Shown one piece after another: positions 53,101-64,000 of a DNA stretch of 64,000 nucleotides. Within the stretch, counting starts at the first letter, position 1. Each line of letters opens with the position of its first letter. A model generated the notes under the pieces. The model saw only the letters and a program-made list of their open reading frames with translations, did not search any database and was not told the DNA's origin. Made by a program: the position numbers and the translations under genes. Origin of the DNA: Antedon mediterranea (Eukaryota > Animalia > Echinodermata); NCBI RefSeq assembly GCF_964355755.1, contig NC_092673.1, positions 25,851,648 to 25,915,647 on the forward strand, given 5' to 3'.

Positions 53101-54102
53101 GGCATTTTTTCTACAATACTCTGAAATCTGATAATACTAACCTGATATTTAGCTAAAAATTCATCTAATCCCGAAAAATCTGCGGAGTTTTCTGCCATTG
53201 TTGGCCATGATCCTGAAGGTACTTGTGTTGCAAATAAATCCAGTATTTTGGTTAGTAACGTAAACGCCACACGGTTAGGGTACTCCCGCTAGACTGTCAT
53301 TACGTATGTATGCGTGACATAAGTAATCTGTGAACAGACATATTTGCAAAGTTAAAAAAGCGCACAGTAAGCAAGTTTTTATGGTCATTTAAAGTGGTGT
53401 TGAGCCTTGTCTACACTATCATACTTTATGTGACAAAAATATGTGATGTGTGTACCTATGGACATGATGATGTCGTTACACTACCACATTTGGACACATC
53501 ACATTTTTTTGTCAAACTAGTTTTCTAATGTAGACAGAGCTTTACACTTTAATAATATACAGTACTACACTTGTGGAATCAAACAAGTGGAAAACACATG
53601 TTACTACGGGCAATATGTGTTACTACTGCAACCATTATTCTGGGAATACCCCTATTAAGTAAGAAAAAACTTGTTTGGGTCTAGAATGTGTACAGTGGTT
53701 GTACTGTATAATGGAGTCTTTTATTTCATAAATAAAATTGATATGGGTTTTTTAAGACAAACCATAAGCTTTTTTTGATTGAATCTGAAAAAAAAATAAT
53801 AAGTAAGGTTTGCATTTAATTACTACTAACCTTGTTCTTTTACGGAGGTTCTGAGGCCAACTTGTGTTCTTTCAACAATAATCTGACTAGTGAATTGCAT
53901 AAATTCTTGAACACTGCATGAATGAATGTAGGAAAGTTAATGGTATAATTAGATAAGATATATAGTAGGTCATTGAAATTCAAAATGTATTTTGGTCTTA
54001 CCTTTTTCGTTGGAAATATCCAAAGGATGAGAGATCGTAGGCTGCCTTTAATGACAGTACCTTCACACCCTTATATAGAATAGTTAAAGAATACAGACGC
54101 AT
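50119..54102 (-). CDS. YKT6: R-SNARE YKT6; frameshifted in this sequence by a 20-nt deletion in coding exon 3
   Basis: Exons 54002-54102, 53831-53913, 53142-53327, 52708-52773, 51950-52051, 50119-50154. MRLYSLTILYKG...SVQEFMQFTSQIIVER...NPREADAMTKVQAELDETK...RGEKLDDLVSKS...ARKTNSCCVVQ*. Premature TAA at 53275-53277. Upstream non-coding exon donor at ~54625. Confidence 0.96.
50227..51935. repeat. 19-bp satellite, about 90 copies, filling the last YKT6 intron
   Basis: Unit aatgtatgtgttcaaatac. Confidence 0.98.
53401..53543. mobile_element. MITE family A copy
   Basis: tgtctacactatc ... tgtagacagagcttta. Confidence 0.85.
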
Positions 54103-55254
54103 GGTCCTGTGAGTGTGTAGTAGCCTAGTTTCTCACAAAAACGGCTACTTCGTAGGCCTACGATCTGTATTGTTTTCCTCTTGACTTTGCCTCGTTTTTT
54201 TATATTTGCGTATATTTTTCCTGGAAGAAATGAAAATTTGTATTACTAGGCTAGTAGGCCTAGCTAGCTATAGTATTAGTAGGCTAGGCCTAGGCTATTA
54301 TTAAAAATAAATAATAATTCAAAATACAGTATGACTAATAATGTATGTCCTATTGTGTCGTCTACATTTTCTAAAAGCTAAATTTAGGGCTACATTTCTG
54401 ATCACACTCAGGTCATGCATGGATTACAGGTTATACTTTGGCCAGGCTAGGCGGCACAGCTCCGGCTGGTGACGGGGCAAGATACTTGATAGTAGGCCGG
54501 GCCGGCCGGGGAGTAACCAGACTTGCCCAGAGTTAGGCTAATCTAACAAGGGCCTAGTTTTCATTTTCTATAAACGGGGTTAGCTAAACAAGACTTAGGC
54601 CTATATAAAGTCATTCGTACTTTACCTTGGTGTAAGTGAATGTTATTAAATTGTTAATATTGTGATTACTACGTTAAATTTAGAACAGACGTCAGAAATT
54701 TACAATAAACACAACCACATCGACAAATTGCCTCGTTTTCGCAGTTCGATTGTTTTTGTGTGTTTACTCATCATAATAAACGGGCGCCACCATATTTTGT
54801 TTAAACTTTTTAAGTCTCCGTATATTTGACCTTCTAGACCTTTTTCTCTCGTTTTCAAATTCCCAAACAAACATTTATTTATTTTATATTATTATTAACT
54901 CGTATACGTAATTACTATCGTATCCATCATCCTTAATTGTACTCTGTACATTATCGGCTATTATAAATATAGGCCTACAGCTGGATAAATGAAAGGGCCA
55001 AAACAATTAATAGGCCTAATAATAAATTAAAGTACATAAACTAATACGAAATAAGGGAATTCCAACCATGCCACAAAAAAAAAAAACGAAGTTAAATATA
55101 AAATATGGAGGCTAAATTAATATGAAATCAATTAAATATAGTTAAATAATAATTTAATACCAGAATTCTGAATAAAAACAAACTGCAGATAATAATTATA
55201 ATCCTATATGTTGTAGTTTAGGCCTACATTTATTTTTGAACAATTAGAACCGTA

Positions 55255-55287
55255 TTTTTAGTCGCGTGGAGTTTGGTTCACTGTGTC

Positions 55288-55318
<31 letters not shown>

Positions 55319-55365
55319 CTGTCGGTCCGGTATCACTATGCGTTTTAGCACGCGACTTATGGCGC
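55255..55365. mobile_element. Short DINE-1/HINE-like (Helentron-associated) element remnant
   Basis: T-run then agtcgcgtg / cacgcgact inverted repeat enclosing a (GTCG/GTCT)n microsatellite. Confidence 0.5.
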
Positions 55366-56407
55366 ATGCGATTGTCATGATACGAAACCAAAATTAGCCG
55401 GCCTTCATCTTCACCAATTTATGATGTTATAGTTTCTATTATGTTATCATGTGATACTTACATAGCAACGTACAACAACAATTACACGAAATTAGATAGG
55501 CTTGATCGATCATTTTATTGTTTAAAATAATATTTAGTCCTTGTACTCTCCAATTACATTGCTAATGTTCAATATCACAATGTCAATATATCATTATTAT
55601 TAATCAATAATTATTATATATTTTTTTTAATTATCGAATATCAAGGCTATATTTTATCAATATTTTTTTTGGGAAAGGTATCAACTGATCAAAAAAATCC
55701 ACACATCGATTTCTGGAATTTTATCATTTGACTTGACCGATTTTGCATATTAATGCGCACGCGCGTGCGTGCAAGATCCATAATTAGACAATACACTTGT
55801 AAAATAATTGAATTTTTAATATTGTCGGTGTTATACCAATCCATGATCTGTATAATCATAGAAATCGATGAGAGACAATTAATTAAGAGTCAATGCTTGC
55901 TAGAATTATCCTCCGGCTGCGGCAATATTCAACTCAAGAAAATTAATTACATCGGAAGAAAGCAGACGATAATATTATAGACTATGCAACATTATTCCGC
56001 CAATCGCATTGCTTGCAGGGTTTGTTGACAAACCCATTAAGATTCACCGAATAGGCCTTTTTAAACTAATCATAATTCATCGGCATGAAAACCAAACGGC
56101 TTTATTTATAATGTAGCAACGATATTGGAAGATCGACCTGACGTATACATTCGTCGCGAACGAAATGTTGTTGGATGGAAACTAAATAATATGAATAAAG
56201 TGAGTATTTGCTTACTTCTTATTAACTAAACAATAAACAGATATTACTTAATAGTTCCTTTTCGTTGGGACATATGTCACTGGTTTCTTCAATTGGTAGG
56301 GTTTATGCCAACGCCAGTGAAGGGATGAAAACATCATAAACTATTATAGATACGGATGGAAGCTGTGCTAGAGATGATGCACCTCTCAATTTCAATTTTT
56401 AAATGCT

Positions 56408-56740
56408 TAAAGATGTATTTTCTCCCTGAAAAAATAAATCTTAACATTTTGTTGAATATGCAACCTAATAGTGGGCCACTTTGACCAAAAATTGGATTAA
56501 AAAAATGTATTTATTAAAAAAACAGCTGTATTTTAAAGCAAAAAATAGTCAAATTGGCTGTCAGCAGTCATTGGGTTTTTGGTTGAATTGGGCCATTTAT
56601 TTTTTCATTTTATAAGTGAAAACGTTATTTTTTTTCCATTTTTTTTCTACGGAAGTGATTAACTTTATTAGAACTAGAAAATGGCCTATTCAAAGTCTGA
56701 TTTTATTATTCTTTATTTTTCATGTTTTGGGGGGAATATA
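56408..56740. mobile_element. Kolobok-like MITE remnant
   Basis: ttaa|agatgtatt..ccc end. Related pieces at ~30960-31130, ~61700-61765 (ggggacaatacaact|ttaa) and ~62078-62370. Confidence 0.55.
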
Positions 56741-57081
56741 ATTATGTTGAGTTAAAATGTAGGCCTACGTATGGTATACAAAATGCATCAATTGGTTTTA
56801 ATATTTTCAAAACACATGAATCACAGTCTTCATGTGAAGACCCGCACAACAAAAGTAAAATCTAAATTTAGTTTTCTTTTCAATATTTCAGTTTAAACAT
56901 TTGAATCAGGATCATTTAAATGTGATTATAATTGTTTGTTAAACCGTCATTAAAGCACGTAGTGACATTTGACCATCGTGCCAGTTTACAGAAATTGTTG
57001 CCTTTATACTGGAAAAATATGAGGTGAATAGATTTGAGACCAGCTTGAACTTACCAATTAAAAACAAAACAAGACATTACT

Positions 57082-58431
57082 ATGAATTGCTGTTCATTAA
57101 TATATTTGTGGATCACGCTGCTTATCTTTACCTCAGGGCCACCAAAAGGTAAATTTAAATCATTATTAGTTATTTTTATTATTTATTTTATCAGTGACAA
57201 TTAAATAAATAAATGATGAAACAGGTAGAACGCGCAAGGGTATATTTATATTTACTTTGAATTTGATAAAGGTGTTTCTCTATACACTAATACTAGGCCT
57301 AAACATGTTAATGGTTAGGCCTATTTCCTGATGACAATAATTAAAGTCGAATATAGAATCTTATTTGACTTTTGAATAAGAGTAATTGAAAAAAATGTAA
57401 AATTATCTTGACCAAAAATATACGCGAAACCTATAGTCCCGTGTGGTTAGACATCTGCGGTTTCTCTCTTGGATAATGATAGAATGTCTTATTTCATTAC
57501 ACGCTTGCTTCGTTGGGAGGGGGAGATTTAAATTGACAGAGAACCTAGTGGTTAAGTACGGTATTAATATCTCAGATTTCTACTATTGTAGCATCAACAA
57601 TAAAATGTTTTGACTGTGAGTACATATTGAAGCCGGGAGAGAACTATGACATCGAAACGGCAGAACCATGTTTCTGGTTGGAGGATCCAAAGACAAATAC
57701 TTCACGCGAATGTCAACCACATGAAGATGCCTGCTATGTAAATATTATAATGCAAACTCTATTAAAAGGACACCTCGAAGCCTCGACAAGGTTCCATTAG
57801 AAGTGTCCCCTTAATAGGAGTTTGTCATAAGTTAAAATAGTACAGTGTATATTATAACCCTTGATCGTTCGTTTCACGGGAAAGTATAGTGAAAGAACAG
57901 TGTCCGTTCTTCGTTTCACGAGGAAGTTTCGACTATAGGCCTATTTATGCTAAAAATAAAATCCCTGAAAGAGCGAACTGACTTAAAACCAATAACAGGG
58001 TCTAAATATGGTAACCCAGAAAAGGTGCGTATGGTTTCCTAAAGGAGGGAATGACCGTTGGTTGCTGGATTTTATTGTTTCGCATTGGAATGATATGCAA
58101 AGTGGTCCATACCGTGTATGCATACAGGTGGGTATAGCCCTAGTACATTTTTATATTATTACCTTATTCAAATTTACCTTTTTAGATGTATGTAGTAAAA
58201 AGAAATAGCGTCATAACAACCTATCGTCGGAACTGCATTGAAAAAATAAAGTGCCTGGAAGGCTGTATTTACGAAGGCCTAGGATATCTTGATGAAAAGT
58301 GTACAACTTGCTGCAACACGACAGACTGCAACGATGTTATGGCGGGAAACACCACATGCGTAAACTTTAATCCACTGGTATTGGTCATCCTCACACTGCT
58401 AGCAATGATATTGATTTATGATAAATCCTAA
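57082..58431 (+). CDS. GPI-anchored Ly6/uPAR (three-finger, quiver-like) protein, 152 aa
   Basis: Exons 57082-57148 (signal peptide, phase 1), 57592-57737 (IKCFDC...EDACY), 58186-58431 (...CTTCCNTTDCN plus hydrophobic tail). Twelve Cys in the domain; canonical LU exon layout. Confidence 0.9.
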
Positions 58432-59489
58432 AAGAAAATTAAAAATAGAAATGTATTGAGCTACTAAATATAGCATTTAGAATCAATGAGCCTTGGTTTT
58501 TGAAAAATAACATTTTGTCGATTGTGACCAAGCGGTTTTCAATATCTTAACTTGGTCTGTGTGTAGGATGCTACTCTCGATCTTCCATGTTATCCTGGAT
58601 AAATGAGCTTCTGGACAACAAAAAATGGTGATCTGTTAAAATTACAAAAAAAAACTCTCATCAAGTACCTAATAATATGATTTAAAAAAAAGTAATACAC
58701 GCTACCCAGTGGGACATCTAGAAATGTCATATGTGGTGGGGGTGATGCGGCGTAGCAAGGTATAAAACAATATTATTATTTTTCTAATATACGAAAAAAC
58801 GAGGGACTTGCAAGTTATGCTCGTCATAGTGAAGGCCTCCATTGCTACTGAGAAGAATTCAATATTTTGACATTAATTATTTATCAGGAGTGAAGCAGCT
58901 CCATAAATTGTATTTACTAGATGGCACGCTCGCTTCGCTCGCGTACCATCTAGGTCGTGCCCACAGATGGTTCTCGAATACACAGTATTTCCAGCGAGAA
59001 AAAAATGGAGATTTCAAATGTACGTACCGCAGGACTATAATACATTGTCGTTTACAGAAACGAATAAATATACACAATGATTTATGTAGTCAACCAAAAT
59101 TAGCACCCTGGGAATTACTTCCGAGAGAGAAACAAAATGAGTCAAATTTTTTTATTTGGACTCATTTAAACAAACCCAATTTGTGTTTTGTATGTAACAT
59201 TAAGGGTTGAGGGATGGGGGAAGAAGATAGGTACAAAGAGGAAACATTTTAAAATATATTCTTATCCACTCAGTAACGAAATATTGTTTTTAATGTTTTA
59301 TAGGCCTATAAATAATATACCACTAAATACAGTAAAACATTTACGATTTAATACGGTACTTTGTTAAAACTCTCACTGTCATAGTCGATTGAAATAGTAA
59401 AGTACATGTAACGATACACCACTACGACGTTTATATATTTTTAAATTATTAATTAATACAAACGTTGAGAAGCAACTGTCAGTAATAAC

Positions 59490-60048
59490 GTTTATTTATT
59501 TGTATATTATATGTTTATAATCTAACAGTAGGGCCTACCCACACTCACAGTAATAAAGTTTATTTGTATATATTTTTATATTACATCTAACAGTACCAAC
59601 ACTCACAGTAAGAAATTTGCGATTCAAATTGCGATCAAAAGTGGTTAATACCTTAACAGTATTGTACAGCATTGCAATACTTTTTATGTTTATTCTCCAA
59701 GGGGGCCCATAAATCTAAATCTATACCTCTATGGTTAAACCAAATAATTTGGAATGTTTATTTGTATATTATATGTTTATAATCTAACAGTAGGGCCTAC
59801 CCACACTCACAGTAATAAAGTTTATTTGTATATATTTTTATATTACATCTAACAGTACCAACACTCACAGTAAGAAATTTGCGATTCAAATTGCGATCAA
59901 AAGTGGTTTTAACCATTAAAATACCTTAACAGTATTGTACAGCCAGGGAACTCCCTGGTACAGCATTGCAATACTATTTATGTTTATTCTCCAAGGGGGC
60001 CCATAAATCTAAATCTATACCTGTATGGTTAAACCAAATAATTTGGAA
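59490..60048. repeat. ~270-290 bp tandem duplication
   Basis: 59495-59758 is repeated at 59758-60048 with small indels. Confidence 0.92.
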
Positions 60049-63000
60049 TGTTCCATTCATCACAAATCAATACATTTGTAAAAACGTATATTAAATGTAT
60101 CAAAATAGTATTTTTTAAAGAAAATCAGCCTGTCTTCAACATTATGATGCTGTACTCGAACTGTTCAACCGGTTTTCAGCTATTAAAAACAATTATCGTA
60201 GGAGGAGATAGGAAAATGCGAAGCCTCCTCGCATTTTTGTGGCGGGTATTTTTCAAGATGGACATCCATTAGACAGTGTATACCACGATCGGAAAACACC
60301 CCTATTTGGGGCAAATCGTTGAACCTAAATTCGTTTTAATCGTCAATAACTAATTATCTAACTTAATTTAATTAGTAAACAGGGTTACATCAGGTGGTTA
60401 AAATCAGTACCGAAAGTACGAACCAACTTTATATACCATCGAGTAAAAATTCTAGAAGTAAGGCGCGATTTACCGAATTTTGCCCTTACGTAAATTTATA
60501 TATAGATTACACTAGATATATAAGAATCCAAAGGTGTTGAATTGTATATAATATTGATTAAATATGCACGCGTCACTTGCATGTGAAAAGAAAAGATGGA
60601 GAACATGACCTTTGTTCTTAATTTTAATAATACAAAAGAATATACATATTATATGCCTTATATAGAGAACTTGTATATATTTCAATAATTTGTACAGCAA
60701 ACTAAAATAAAAGTGGGACGAGCCCATAAAAGACACAAAAAAAACAATATTGATTTAATTAGTTAACGACTGCATTTCTAGTAGCATTATTGGAACAAAA
60801 CAGACATGCCTATGAGATTTGTGGTACCTGTTCGAATGCCTCATTAGGAACAGCTCTGTGAGAATTGGGAGATACGATCTTGTAATGGGGCCGGATGAGT
60901 GGCAGTGGCGTAAACCAAGGGGCCCAGGAGCTTTACCCGTGGAAAAAACAGCATTGAAATATATCGAAAAGGGCTAAAAACGCCAGAAGCCTCCAGCATT
61001 GGATGGCCACTTGGGGTTCCTAATCCAGGGGTATAATTTTTGACACTTGAATCTACGTAAAACTGAATTTATATTTTTATTTTATTTGTTTAAGAAGATC
61101 GCGAGAAAGGCAAAACAAAAAATCTCTGGCCTATGTATGTCTGCGAAAATACTATTAATTATTATTTTGTCTAAATCTAATAATTAAGGGCGATCAATAA
61201 TGGTGCGTGGTATTTCCGAAGAATAATTGTAATATTCACGACGATATTATTAAACTAGAAATACCGTATTCGATAATTAAATGACTGAGCAGCATTTAAT
61301 GGACTTCATTTATTAAAGAAATTCATTTAAAAGCATTATGCGACGATAAAGTAGACTTAATAGCTGTTTTGAACCTTTGACATAAATAATGATAGTAATG
61401 TATGTCGCATCTTCATAATCAATAATTAAACAAAACGACGCAACACAAGCACGTGTTGCTTCTACGTTATCATTAAATAGGCCGATGGTCCAAACGTTTT
61501 TTATACTGTACAACATAACAATATATAGATATTTAATAATATGTAAAAAATGTATTTTATGAACCTTGGAATATAGTGAACAATGATGTCTTTGTTTTTA
61601 AATAACGTTATAGGCCTATTATTTTGTGATTCCAAACACAAAACAGACAAACGATACCGAGATTATTTAATTAAAAATAATATTTCATTTAATTTTTTTT
61701 ATTTAAAAGTCTGATTTTATTAATCATTATTTTTCAGGTTTTTGGGGGACAATACAACTTTAAAGAAAGGTCTAATAAATACAAGACATTTTAATTTTCA
61801 TCAGTTTGTTTTATACATGCAAAATAGTCATTTATAAATCAAACTATTAGACGCGGTTTCATTATGTTGTTAAGCTTTATACGCACCAACGCAAACATCC
61901 ATCTTGGAATTTGCTACTCAACGTTTTAAGTGCTGACGTTCAAATATAATATAGAATATGAACAAACAACAATGGATATGCAAGTTATTAGTAAATATTT
62001 AAATATTATTAAAGTCATACGAACAGAGCAAAGTACATTCAACCAGTATTTTTAATTCGACAAAAATGAAGTCGACCAAAGATGTATTGTCCCCTAGAAA
62101 TATAAAAAAAAATGATTAATAAAATCAGATTTTGAATTGCCATTTTGTAGTTTTAATCAAGTTAATCACTTCCGCAGAAAAAAAAAAATCGGGGAAAACG
62201 AAGCTTTCAAATCATGTTGACAAAACAAACGGTTACATTCAACAAAAACCCATTAGACAATTGGACTATTTTTTGCCTTAAATTACAGTTTTTTTTCAGC
62301 AGGTAAATAGTTTTTTTCCAATCCAATTATGCATGAAAAATGGCATATTCAACAAACCATTTTAAACAATTATTTTTAAAGCCTTTAATTCAAAACACGT
62401 ATATATTTCACGTATAGGGGCCTAATGTTTGTTTTAGCCTAGCATGGTTACCTCCATGGTTTTACCAGGGAAGAATTTCACTCTTCCCTGGTTTTACCGA
62501 ATATTTTCATTCAATGTTTGATTTCTATCATCATGTCAGCATAAAAAGAATACTAAAAATAAAAACATTATGTATTTTACCTGTTACCTGTTAGTTTCCG
62601 TTTTTAACGGAAACTAAGTGTCACCTTTTTGGGTGGAGAAAAATGTGGTGTCAGTCAGTGTGACGCACGCCTCTACATTTTGGTCTAAAAACGTGCATAG
62701 GCCGCGCCTAAATAGAAAACATCTTGTCGTTCGGGTGGGTCAGAAACACAATGTGAAACACATTGGAAGTATAGGCATAACCCCACACACCAAAGATATT
62801 TTAATAACCATATCAATACGACATTTGTTAGCACTCGGTGTTTCTTTCTCCATTTTCCATTCACTTCTTACGTAACCAATTTCATTTGAATAAATTTGCA
62901 AAAATCTGAGATCAGATGATGTAGATCACAACGTCACATAACTTCTCACGATAATATGTATCACACTTTTGATTATTATATGTTTGATTGCATTTTCTAA

Positions 63001-64000
63001 ATGCAGATTATATCATCATCGTTGCGACACTGTTGTCATGGAAATGTTGGTAACGTTAAGTGATATGTAAGTGAAAATGCATTACGAGATCGTTACCGTC
63101 ATCATGATACAGTCAAGCGTTTAACATTTGCCTAATGACGCGTTAACTGCGCAAACGTTTATCAATATGTATGGGTATAGATTAATAGTTTATGTATTGA
63201 GAGATTGAAGTAAAGTATATAATGGTATGGTATAATACCGAAATGAATTATATTCCTCGAATTGCATGTACAAAATAACATAATGAAAATTACCTCCCCA
63301 ACATTTGCATATCTCACCTGAGCCCCTTTCTCACAGATGTGCCTGCAATATACCGGTACAGTGCTGGCGTCGTGCCGGTATCGTTACCGGCATGCGATTT
63401 TTTTTTCCGTACGAGAGTTCCTCCATCGGTTCGTTTCGGACTCAATCGACTCTCTTCGGTATTCGGTAAAGTCAGCTCACTGATGCGTGACAACATAATA
63501 CAATTTACATTTACAAACCGCGAGCTTACTTTCACACAGGCTCTCACAATAGTAAAATAAATCTACACTAATACGAGTTTTGATTTGATGACATTAATTA
63601 ATAAATACTAGGCCTACTTAGTAATTACATTAAGAACCCAATAGCATATTGAAGATATTTAGGTCTACGACCCAATAGTAGGTCGTATCAGATATTATTT
63701 TTTGAAGTTGAACGACCTTTTGTCACGAACGAGAGGCTCTTTTTCTTATCGTTTATGGTATTGTAGCTAGCCCATGGCTAGGCTAGCTTGTGTAAGCCTA
63801 TGCATGGTATTACTTTTGAATTTAAAATGATTATGTACAGTAGGAATTCCTATGCACAGTGTATGTTTTTTATACCTTTTAAAATAATATTATTAAATTA
63901 ATATTTATATTGTAAGGTAATGGAAATTTTACGTTAAAGGTGTACGTATTAATTATCCCCAATCTTGAAAAAAAGATTTCAGACTTTTAATAATAGGCAA

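Noticed and set aside
52983-53270. Stand-alone 95-aa ORF
   Set aside because: It is the post-frameshift part of YKT6 exon 3 reading into the intron.
63317-63547. Minus-strand exon with strong CAG|GTGAG donor
   Set aside because: No recognisable product and no convincing in-frame downstream exon; may be non-coding.

Overview
AT-rich, intron-rich metazoan genomic DNA. An invertebrate, possibly an echinoderm, is inferred from gene structure and repeat style only. Hand-spliced genes: two tandem FAHD1 copies (+); a complete but strongly divergent 23-exon major vault protein (MVP)-family gene (-, 867 aa, one GC-AG intron) lying head-to-head with BUB3 (+); YKT6 (-), which here carries a 20-nt frameshifting deletion; and a GPI-anchored Ly6/uPAR three-finger protein (+). 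The rest is repeats: a non-autonomous Helitron, tRNA-derived SINEs, several MITE families, minisatellites, a 4.5-kb satellite built of hairpins, and a nested palindromic element cluster holding two similar Pol III-like cassettes. Most notable are the divergent MVP paralog, the Pol III cassettes about 10 kb away (speculative vault-RNA-like candidates), the YKT6 lesion, 14-36 bp palindromes with 7-bp target duplications resembling P-element excision footprints, and an MVP exon fragment recording the FAHD1 duplication breakpoint. Exon coordinates were counted by hand; homolog comparisons are from memory, not from a database search.
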